From Lytechinus pictus (taxonomy: Eukaryota), in the NCBI RefSeq assembly GCF_037042905.1, contig NC_087246.1, positions 51,522,001-51,586,000 on the forward strand: a stretch of DNA of 64,000 nucleotides, read 5' to 3'. Below, piece after piece: positions 1-10,900 of the stretch (positions within the stretch are counted from its first letter, which is position 1; the number at the start of each line of letters is the position of its first letter). A model generated the notes under the pieces. It searched no databases. It was not told where the DNA came from and saw only the letters and a list, made by a program, of their open reading frames with translations. Made by a program: the position numbers and the translations under genes.

Positions 1-1705
1 TGGTATAACATTTTCATACTTAATAAATTAGAACTTCCCAGAGATGCAATAATACAAGTATTGTATTATGAGAAATTACTTTAAAAAATATCCTCAAAAT
101 GTTACGTATGGGACATTCCATCCTTGGACAAGACCTAATTTGCATATTTAATTTGATGACCCACTTTTTCCCCCAAAAGCAATAAGATGTTAGGGGGTCC
201 ATGTCCCACCTATGACTAAATCTCACAAGTTTTGTTTTTATTTTCTATGAGTTTTTATATTTGTCCCATACGTAACGCCCATTTTACCAATTATGCAAAT
301 TAGGTGGCCCAAATTAGCATAAATATGCATATTATCAAATTTTTCTTTATGAAATTTTAAAATTCAACATTTGGGCTTTCTTACCCCACCAAAGATAACT
401 CTTAAAAATTAAAGATGAAATTTTGCCTTCTAGGATGACCTTTTCTTGGACTTACCCTTAAACTTTTATTATTGTGATAATTAACCGGAGGCTCATCATA
501 AATTTACACTGTAAAATTTCAAATTGTTTTGAATAAAAACTAATACTGAAGAACAGTCATCTAAAAGATAATATAGACAAAAAATTTAATAATTGAATTT
601 ATGAGTAAACTTTAAATAAACATTCAAAAAGGGCTTCATAGTAAAAGTAAAACTAAGATCGCATTCATGATTGAGGAGTATCTAGATAATGGAAAGAACT
701 GTTTCCTATTTACATAAATCTTCAAAATTTGCAAATATTGCATCAGTAAAGTATATAAACAAAACTAACAAACTTTACATGAAATAACATTATGCAAACC
801 AGTGTATTCATCTTTCTTGAAGCAGTACTTACTGTACACTGGAAGAAGATGAAGAGGTTGATAAAGTAATGTCAAAAAAGCATTTTTTTTTTTGGGGGGG
901 GAGGGGTTAATCTAATTGAATTTCAAAAGTTAATTTGGAATCATGATGGTAATACATACAGAATATTGAATTTGAGGGTTAAAATGGTGCATTATTTATT
1001 ACAAACTTCCCGGTATCCTTCACTCTGTTAATTTCTTTTTAAAAAATATGTATATTTTCAATTAGTCACTATATTCATGGGGGGGAAAAAATATTTAGAC
1101 CTTCACATTTTCTACATGAATCACATCAATAATTAGGCAATATGAAATAATGTAATTTCATGTAAATTGTGATTACACTGTTTCTGGAAAATTTTTACAT
1201 TACTTATTAGTTTACATAAAAGTATACAATCTCTACAACTTCTTCTAAAGCACAGGTTAATTGTAGGTCAATTATCCCAATGTATTAAATGCTTTGTAAA
1301 AACTGTTTAACATTTTCATTAACTATTCTCTATCATAGCTACCACTAAAAGTCTACCTTGCATTGAACTCATATGTAGGCTAATTTACAAGTCAAAAGTA
1401 CAATATTTATCACTCTTTAAATAAAAAGACTTTATATGTAAACAGGGCAATGGACTTCTGAGAATGAACACCCCTTCATTTTCAAAAGCATTTTCATTCA
1501 GGCAGTAAAAGTAATGATGATTACAACACATTCAGAGATCATACTCCATAACTCCACCCCACTCAGACCCCATCACAGTACCTCACCCTTTACACCAATG
1601 GCAATAGATAGAAACTCATCCACACCCACATCTCTTCTTACCCCCACACTACCAGCTGAAAGCAAGGTGTCAATGGACACAGCCGGCACATATGCAAATA
1701 CTTAC

Positions 1706-1881
1706 AAGACATCGAAGTTCTGGAAGGATACTGCCGGAATGGTGTTCAGATTCAATCCAGAGCAGTTGAAAATACGATTTTGACATTGACATCCATCTGG
1801 CGTTCCACTAGGGCATTCTTGAGCAAAAACGAGGTGAAATATCACCAAAAAGAGCGTTACGACAAATATCCCCCTCGCCAT
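1706..1881 (-). CDS. First coding exon of a secreted or membrane leucine-rich-repeat protein (signal peptide + LRRNT cap); gene continues left, probably beyond the window
   Basis: Reverse strand reads accATGG (Kozak) then MARGIFVVTLFLVIFHLVFA|QECPSGTPDGCQCQNRIFNCSGLNLNTIPAVSFQNFDV(L). This is a hydrophobic signal peptide followed by a C-P-x-C-x-C-x-C-x-L-x-x-I-P LRRNT pattern. It ends at a phase-2 GTAAGT donor (1705), typical of LRR genes. Too short for the ORF track. Confidence 0.8.
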
Positions 1882-2289
1882 GGTTCTGTGTGTATAGTAA
1901 ATCCTTTTCGCCTAGCTTAGCTTTCCCCGCAATCTTTGTACTGCTGCTGTCCGAAGATCGAGTCACCGACTTTGCCTGAAAACAGGGTTTTAGTCGAATG
2001 AGCACAATCAATAGATGAAAAGGGGATCGTGGGGGCGGAGCTCGCTAAAGGGTAAATATGAACACGGTGATTATTCCTGAATATACCCGGCTTTTCCGCG
2101 GTTACTGGACTGAGGCCTAACGTAAATATTGTGATACTTTGTTTATACGTACATCAACTTCAAGGGGCCTCAAGGACCTCGAGGGCCGTTCCCTCCGAGG
2201 GTGGGGGGGGGGGGGGGTGGGGGCGGGAGGCACTAGCTCACTATCAAAACAAGGTGGATAAGAGACATATAACTCACTCACACTTAAAA

Positions 2290-2893
2290 AGTACCATGTC
2301 TCTTTGACTTTGTACCAGTGTTAGTGTCTCAATGCTCTCAAACGTTGCAACCAATAAAAGCGCCATGTACTTTGCTTCCAATTTAAGTATCTCAAATATC
2401 ACACTTTTCAACCAATAAAAGTGCCATGTCTCTTTTGCTTTGCTATCAATAAGTATCTCAATCCTCTCACGCTATTCAACCAATATAAGTACCATGTCTA
2501 TTTTACTTTGTTACCAATAAAAGTACCATGTCTCCTTCATTTTACTACCAATATTAGAATCTCAATTACAGATTGCAACTAATTAAAGCGCCATGTCTCC
2601 AAAATAAATATCTAAATTCTCTCACACTTTTCAACCAGTATAAGTACCATGTCTCTTTCACTTTGTTACCAATATAAATATCTCAATTCTCTCACACTTT
2701 TCAACCAATAAAAGTACCATGTCTATTTCACCTTGCTACCAATGAGTATCTCAATCCTCTCACACTTTTCAACCAATAAAAATACCATGTCTCTTTCACT
2801 TTGCTACCAATATAATCTCAATTCTCTCACACTTTTCAACCAATAAAAACACCATGTCTATTTCATTTTGCTACCAATATAAATATCTCAATC
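2290..2893. repeat. Minisatellite, ~68-70 bp unit, ~9 degenerate copies
   Basis: Recurrent AACCAATAAAAGTACCATGTCTCTTTCACTTTGCTACCAATAT...TCTCAATTCTCTCACACTTTTC, with units starting at ~2633, 2703, 2771 and 2838. Confidence 0.9.
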
Positions 2894-5760
2894 TTCAATT
2901 CAATTCAATTCAATTCAATTCATTTTATTCAATCATTTAAAAAATCAATATACAAACCAAACTATATACAAATCATACATGAATGTAACAGTATAGTTTA
3001 AATGATTAGGGTGCCCCTAAAAGCAAAAGCTCGATGAGTGGGACACCCAATACATATATATATATTATATATATAAGCGTACATAAAAGTAAAAAGGTAA
3101 CAATAATAAACACAAACAATACATAAGAAAATAAGACGGTAAACCTACAGGGGAGAGGAGGGGGGGGGGGGTCAGGAAAAGAGTGTGGAAATGAATTGTG
3201 TGATTAATTGGCATACATAATTACAAGTGAACTTTTGAGTTTTGTTTTAAATGCAGTAACATTTGTGCTAGAAATTACAGTGGAAGGGAGGGAATTCCAT
3301 ATTTGAGGACCAGTGGATTTAAATGAATAAAGGGTTGATTGATTGAATGCTACAGGATAATGGAATTTAGAGTTTGAACGGGTATTGTATTGATGGTAGT
3401 CTTTATTATATTTAAATAGATTAATCATATTAAGGGGTGCTAAGTTGTGATTTATGTAGTACATTAGAATTGCAATTTGAATTTTATGAATATCAAAAAC
3501 TGTCAAGGTGTTTAATCTAAAAAATAAAGGGCGTGACGGAGCTAGGTAGTGGGAGTTAGAACAAATACGTAAAGCCTTTTTTTGGAGAATGTGTATGAGG
3601 TTTAGTTTTGTAGTGCCACAACTTGCCCAAGTGATATTACCATAATAGATATAAGGAAGCAATAAAGAATTGTAGAGCATAAGCAAATGTTTTTCTGTAA
3701 GATTATTACGTAATTTAGCTAATATACCTATATTTTTTGACATCTTATTACTAACAAAAAAGCGGTGGTCATTGTAACATAATTTGTCATCAAGTACAAA
3801 TCCTAAGAATTTTACGGAATTTACTAATTTTAAAGTTACATTTCTAATTTTAACATTGAAGTCGAAAGATACATTGTGGGATAAATGAGGTTTTCGAAAA
3901 TACATAACACTTGTTTTGTCATAATTGACAACGAGTTTGTTTGCATCGAACCAATCACAAATCTGACATAACTCATCATTTGTTTTTTCCAGTAAATATA
4001 TAAAATTGCTATGGGTAGAAATAATAGTAGTGTCATCAGCAAATAAAACATAATTAAAGAATGAAGATGCTGAACATAAATCATTTATATAAATAAGGAA
4101 GAGAAGCGGGCCCAGTATGGAGCCTTGGGGGACTCCATACTGGGTGATAGAATATTGAGAATCATAATTGTTAAATGAAGTGTAGTTTTGTCGATCAATT
4201 AAGTAGTTCTGGAACCATTCCCACACTGCTCCCCTAATACCGTAATGAGATAATTCATATAAAAGAATGTTATGGTCTATGAGGTCGAAGGCTTTTGATA
4301 GGTCTAGGAATATTCCAAATGAGTGGTAATTATTATTCATATTAGTTAAGAGGGTATTATTTAAGTCAATTAATGCATGCTCACATGAATGTCCTACCCT
4401 AAATCCGTATTGACAGTTGTTTAATATTCTGTTATTATCTAAGTGGGAAATTAATCTTTTGTAAACAATTTTTTCCAGGATCTTAGAAAAGCATGATAAT
4501 AATGTAATAGATCGGTAATTAGAAAATGAATGTTTATCGCCTCTTTTGAAAACTGGGATGATTTTTCCGATTTTTAAGCTATTAGGTACTTTGCAAGAAC
4601 ATAAAGATAAATTAAATATATGTACTAATGGTTTAAGTATAGAAAAAATTACTTTTTTGATAACAAAGGAACTTATATCGTCAAAACCGGTACTATATGT
4701 CAACTTTAATTCCTTAACGATTTTAATTATTTCTAATTCATTGGTCGGATAAAAATACATAGAGGATTGACATGGATTACTTAGGTATTGGCTAAAATGA
4801 TTTTTGAAATTATGAGCAGATTGTTTTAGGGTATTTGAGGCAATGTTGGAAAAGAAGTTGTTAAATTCATTTACTATATCTTGATTATTACAGACTTTAA
4901 CATTATTTTTCATAAAATATAAAGGAAAATTTTGTTTATTTTTCTTACACATTAGGTAGTTTATAATTTGCCAAACCTTTCTAAGATTATTTTTATTCTT
5001 GGATAATAAATCACAATAATATTTTTTACGAACTGATCTTAAAAGCTGATTTAAAATGTTACGATATTTCTTATATTTCATTTCAATTGATTTAGTACGT
5101 TTTTGGCAAAAAAGTTTGTGAAGTCGATTTTTTTTATTGATACATTTTAACAAGCCATGACTAATCCAAGGCTTTTTAGCCGAAATCTTAGTCTTTTTTT
5201 CAAGTTTACAATTCACATTAAATGCTGATTTGAATACTTCAAGGAAATTATTATATGCATCATTTGCATCACCTAATGATAATATATGATTCCAGTCAAA
5301 AGAGAGTAACATTTTGTTGAGGCTATCAATATTTTCTTTGTTAATGCTTCTTTTCTTAAAATTCAAATCGACGTCTGTTTTAGAATGAGACCTTATATTA
5401 CGGGTAATTGAAAAAATTGGCAAATGGTCAGTTGTATCGTCATAAAATATTCCAGAAGATATATTATTTTTGCATACATTCGTAAAAATATTGTCGATTA
5501 AAGTTGTCGAGCAACCGGTTATTCTTGTAGGTCGGTTAATCAAGGGTCTGAGGGAATTATTATACATTATATTCATAAAATCATTGACATTTGCAACTGA
5601 TGAACTATTCAACAAATTTATATTCCAGTCACCCATAATATATATATTCTTGTTTTCATTTATAATTTAACTAAGGCATGTATTTACATCGTTATTAAAA
5701 TCAGTTACATTTGAACCAGGATCACGATAAATAATTCCAATGATTATGTTTTTTTTATCA
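2894..5760 (-). mobile_element. 5'-truncated non-LTR retrotransposon (CR1/L2-group, Crack-like)
   Basis: ORF2 has the end of an APE endonuclease (GDWNINLL, RPTRIT, TLIDNIF, DHLPIF) and an RT domain. The 3' UTR has a stem-loop (~3009-3048), AATAAA and a (TTGAA)n tail at 2894-2929. Homology continues to ~5760 (IIIGIIYRDPG) through one in-frame TAA. Confidence 0.9.
3204..5636 (-). CDS. LINE ORF2 remnant: partial endonuclease + reverse transcriptase (810 aa open, N-terminus truncated)
   Basis: RT motifs IIPVFK, NYRSITLL..FSKILEK, QYGFR, FLDLSKAFD, GVPQGSILGPLLFLIYIND, FADD, KFLG, GPQIWNSLP. Confidence 0.85.
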   Translation of the reverse strand: MGDWNINLLNSSSVANVNDFMNIMYNNSLRPLINRPTRITGCSTTLIDNIFTNVCKNNISSGIFYDDTTDHLPIFSITRNIRSHSKTDVDLNFKKRSINKENIDSLNKMLLSFDWNHILSLGDANDAYNNFLEVFKSAFNVNCKLEKKTKISAKKPWISHGLLKCINKKNRLHKLFCQKRTKSIEMKYKKYRNILNQLLRSVRKKYYCDLLSKNKNNLRKVWQIINYLMCKKNKQNFPLYFMKNNVKVCNNQDIVNEFNNFFSNIASNTLKQSAHNFKNHFSQYLSNPCQSSMYFYPTNELEIIKIVKELKLTYSTGFDDISSFVIKKVIFSILKPLVHIFNLSLCSCKVPNSLKIGKIIPVFKRGDKHSFSNYRSITLLSCFSKILEKIVYKRLISHLDNNRILNNCQYGFRVGHSCEHALIDLNNTLLTNMNNNYHSFGIFLDLSKAFDLIDHNILLYELSHYGIRGAVWEWFQNYLIDRQNYTSFNNYDSQYSITQYGVPQGSILGPLLFLIYINDLCSASSFFNYVLFADDTTIISTHSNFIYLLEKTNDELCQICDWFDANKLVVNYDKTSVMYFRKPHLSHNVSFDFNVKIRNVTLKLVNSVKFLGFVLDDKLCYNDHRFFVSNKMSKNIGILAKLRNNLTEKHLLMLYNSLLLPYIYYGNITWASCGTTKLNLIHILQKKALRICSNSHYLAPSRPLFFRLNTLTVFDIHKIQIAILMYYINHNLAPLNMINLFKYNKDYHQYNTRSNSKFHYPVAFNQSTLYSFKSTGPQIWNSLPSTVISSTNVTAFKTKLKSSLVIMYAN

Positions 5761-7947
5761 CATATATTAATTTAACTGTAACATTAAGCTTAGTTATTAA
5801 CCATACAGTTAATTTGTATAAATGACATGTAACAAATAACGAGATCAATCATAAACATAATTTACAATAAATTTTTATGCTTTGTGTTCTGGGGCACATC
5901 TAAGCAAGATCAGACTGTATTTCTAATGACTACATGGAAGATCATACAACAGAGATGAAAGACATAACCTTTTTGGAAATTTATTTATTTACAGTTTACA
6001 ATTTCTCTGTTGCTTACAGGGATAACAATCATCAGACGTAATAAAAAATACATATTAAAAATGAACCCCTTTTTATTGACATAAAATATATTTTCCATGG
6101 CCTGGAATTACACTGACACTGTCTGCCTGAATACAAACATCTGTCTAATAAGTGGCATCTTTTTTGTTAATACTGTTAAGCTTTCATGATTATTTGATAT
6201 ACAAATATATCATTCATGTATATTGTTCATTGCTTTGATCAAATATTTAGGGTATTTAATTTAAATTGACCTTATCGGTCTCAATCTAATATGTATCATT
6301 TTACATAAATAAAGAGGAATGGTTTGTCTTTAAGTGCTTTCACGATCAACTCAAATACCATTCTTTACCATATGCAGTACATCAATAGGCATTGCCTTCC
6401 TATACATATCATCTTTTTCAAGAATGTATCAGTCCGATTTTTTTTGGGGGGGACATATTAAAGTTTATTTATTTATTTATTTGTTTATTTATAAGTCTTT
6501 TTTTAGTAGGGTGGTTCCATGAGTAATTGGCATACTGTTGTCCTTGGAGGCCCTACAACAAAATACAAACATAACAAACATAATTATGAAAAGTGTACGA
6601 TGTGAAGTAAAGACAAACAAACTGTAAAGAAGAGAACAACACAAAGGGCCAGTTTATAAATTAAGGCTATTATAACGTTTGAAGTTGAATTTTAAATCCA
6701 TATTTCCTTGGAACAAGCATCTTATTTGCCTAAATACAACATATAATTAACTTCAATACAATAAACTATGAGAGGCTTCAATCAAGATGCAATGAAAAAC
6801 AATTTAAATGGCATGATTGAAGGAGGGCAGGCGTAAAACAAATATCATTATTGTGTAAAAGTACTAAGACAACACTATTTCAGTGAACTATATGCTGATA
6901 TCAATATATTTCTAATAAAGAACTTGGTACATGCTGCAGACGAAGCTGCGAACCTTTAGAAATATGATTGATTAAGCCAAAATCATTGATTTTGATATAA
7001 AGTTGGTAATTTATTGGAGCACATTGGTGATCGGCGGCAAGCCATTTCATCAATCGATGTTTACTTCCAGGCGTACACTGTATATTACTTTAAGAAATGC
7101 TTGATATAAATATGTGCATTACTATGAAGTATTGCTCTTTAGTTATAGCTGGTAATTCTTATACACAGGTCTTTAAAAATAGGTCAATTTGTCTATGAGT
7201 TGCAGAACGATTCTTCATAAAAGACCATGATTTTAGTTTTTAGTTTCATGACGCTATCATGTACTTAGAATGTGTAAAGAAATGCACATCATTTTTTAAT
7301 TCATTGAGAATTTTCTAATGGTTAGCATTGAGCAATATCTCCTTTACAGCACAACTTAATATGTATAACATACATTGATCTTTCATTGAAAAAGCACTCT
7401 TGATTGATAGTGTAAACATAACTACATATTTAGTTCTCACAAGTATTTGATAAGACTGCAATTTTTTATTTTATTTAAGTGCCCCTGCCCCTCTATGCCA
7501 AGAATGTTGAACATCCCCCTTATATACATAATACAGAAATGAAGTATTTTTCATTTATTGTTTCATGCTATGTTTATTACTTTTTCAGTTATGTTTTGCA
7601 TATATTTATGAACAGAAACTTCCTGCATCTAGAAAATGGTCGCATTGAAAATATCACATTAATAAAATTTGATACTGATATGAACAAGCCCAATGAACAT
7701 CGAAACACAGTCAAGAGCCTGGTATGATGGTTCATGGAAACATTTGACAAATTAATCGCTGATGCACATTTTTCCAAAGAGACAGTTCAAATGAATCAAT
7801 CACCATTTCTAAGTATCCACTTGGCAAACAGAACAGTTCATATGTAATCACTACACAGGTGATTTCATTCAGTTTTGGACAGGGCGATTTGGAACAGATT
7901 CGGTGTGTGGAGGCCGAAGACTAAAACAAGCTTTACAAGCTTTAACA

Positions 7948-10900
7948 TCAACTAACAAGTTTCTTGGGCATTCCATTTTGGTCCAGCAGACTCAGTTCCT
8001 GGTCTATCACTACCTGTGGTCCTGGTCCTACTTTGGAGTGGATGATGTATTTCAGAGCACCTGGATTGGGGTCTCGCTTCATGGTACTTTGGAGATCCTG
8101 TGTATAAAAAAAAAAATCTTTTTATTTTTTAATTCTATTTTTTTAAACTTCTCTAGTAATATTAGCATTGGAAGGATAAAGTATAATATAATAGATCTAT
8201 GAGATTAAAAACAGATCTTTCAAATATTTCTAATGAATTTGATCAATACGATCGCACAAAGAAAGATAATCCAAAACATTATTCAGGGATCTGAATAAAT
8301 ATTTATCTTCAATAAAACGTTTGACTAATAATTTTATTAAAATAATTAACATAGATTACAGGGATATTAGAAAATCATTAATAGTCTAAAAATAAATTAA
8401 GGTTTTAATTCAGGTTTGTCCTAAATCTGCATATTGATAGCTCCGTCTTATGCAGAGTTGCAAAAGATTCAATAGATTCCAAGAGTACTAACAAGAGGAT
8501 TATTGATAATACTACTATCCAGTCCTCTGATATAATCCTCACTGTCTTGAGGAGGGAAGCTACGATAGATTAGAGATAGTATCTCACCCACAGTCTCCTT
8601 GGGCCCCATCTTACAAAGAGTTATGATTAATCCGAGCAACCTCAAGTACATGGAAAACCATCAATGTCATAAACTTTTCTTAAGGAAATTTGCAAGATGT
8701 CCTTTGAAAACAAAGAGAAGCATACTGAATTGTCAAGAAAACAATGAATGTGACAAGTAACATAATCCAGAACAAACTAAAATAATTAGAGTCTGAACTT
8801 TTTTTTCTTTATCAATGTTGTTGTTTTATTTTTGTTTGTTTGTTTACGATCATGTCTAATTATGTAAATATTGTGATTTCCTGTAATTGATTATTTATGA
8901 AAACAATAAAAACATAATTAAAAAAAACAAAAACAAAAAAAACAATGAATGTATGAATATACATATCTAGAAAATATTTGAACAAACATGCATTTTAGAT
9001 GTTGACGTTGCTGGCTTTCCATAGTTGTGGTTGATCGGATCAGTCATAACTCTTTGCAAGACGGGGCCAAGGAGCACTTACCTGAGGTATATCATGAACA
9101 CTACTATCCAGTCCTCTGATGTATTCCACATTGTCTCCAGATGGAGGGAAGCTATGATGGATCAGAGATAGCACCTCATTCACATTCTCCTCAAGGATGT
9201 ACAATACTGCATTGGGACCAGCATCAAATGTGTAACAAGCCTGTAGAATGACAATCCATCATCAATATAGGTTTTAAAACAAATGCATAAACAAATGTGA
9301 TTATTTTTACTCTCAGATACACACAGCGTACAAAAGACCATGGCAGGGGAGATTTTTGCAGTTGCTGCAGCTCAAATCACTCCTAAATATCCTCAAACAC
9401 ACACCTTTGTGATGACTAATTTTATCAAAATTGCCCAAAGTTTGCTACAATTTTTTATTTTACAAATACTTTTTGTTTAACAATCAATTACAGGGCTCAA
9501 TGATTTGTTAAAGACCAAATGACATAGTCCACGGGGTGATTTCAAGTCCGGTGTTGAAATATGGATTGCTTCCCCTAGATCCAAAACTTATTCATAGTTT
9601 GAAAAACTGATCCAGATCACATTATTAACACCTCAACAACTAGTGAGTTACTTTTCAGGACCATCATCATCATCATCATCATCATGTTACGAGGTGAGGT
9701 AATCCTGTTGACCTCGATCACTTCGTCTGAAATTACAGTCCTCCATCTCCATGTGATGTGTCATTATACAACAAAAACTTGCACACGTGGAGGGTAGAGA
9801 CGGTTTTGATCATAGGAGATTGAAACGCTCAGACCACCAAAACTTATCGAGTCTTAATTTAAAAACATCGATGGAGCCTGAATCAATAACTTCTTGGGGG
9901 AGGCTATTCCAGTCATTTACTATCCTGTTACTAAAAACGCATTTGCGTATATCGAGTCTCGATCGTTCTTTAAATATCTTTGACGTATGACCTCGAAGAT
10001 GAGAACTTGTCGATGGCAAGAAAAAGTGACTCGAGTCCATCTTGACTATTCCTTTCAGAATTTTAAATACCATGATGGCATCTCCTCTCCTTCTTCTATA
10101 GTACAGGGAGTGTAAGTCCAATACTATTAATCTATCTGTGTAGGGGAGTTCTTTTATCTCCTGCACCATCTTAGTTGCTCTTCTTTGGACTTTCTCAATT
10201 TTATCTGCATCTTCTTTCCATCGAGTGTTCCACAAGATGTTGCCATACTCAAGGTGTGGCCTAACCAATGACTTAAACAAAATCGGTAGGGTCCTTGTGT
10301 CCAGTTGAGAGAAAGTCCGTCTGATAATACCAAGGAGCTGATAAGCTTTGCTTACTTCCATTGATACATGCTTATGAAATTTGAGTTCTGAGTCAATCAA
10401 TACACCCAGGTCCTTTTCTCTGGTGGATGAGGCAACTTCATCTCCATTCATGTGATATTTATCTTTCTTGTTATTTCTCCCAAGGTGAAGAACTGTACAT
10501 TTATTCCGGTTGAAAGGAAGTTGCCATTTTTCAGCCCACATGGTAAGTTTGGACAGGTCTGCCTGTAAGGCCATGGATTCTCCATCGTTCCCCACTGCTC
10601 TGTACATCTTAGTATCATCCGCAAAGAGTAAGATCCTGGAGTTTATGTCACTGGGCAAGTCATTAAGCCATCTTCATTTTATGTTTGGCGTTATGATCGT
10701 GTAAAACTTGACCTAACACCAACACCAAAAGGTCAACACCGTACTTGAAATCACCCAATATCTATCTCATACAAATGCAAATTACCTTAATTGAATTTTT
10801 TTTGTGCCAAAAAGGTAGCCCCAAAATAAATACAGAACAGCCCCAATGCTAAAAAGAGGATAGTCCTTTGAAATGAAATAATTACTTTCTGACCTGATTA

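Noticed and set aside
1514-1783. Plus-strand 89-aa ORF and minus-strand 1808-2011 ORF
   Set aside because: They are shadow or alternative frames of the LRR first exon and its flanks, with no protein motifs.
6460-7400. Possible old retroelement remnant ending in an (ATTT)n tract
   Set aside because: No readable coding motif was found, so it cannot be assigned.
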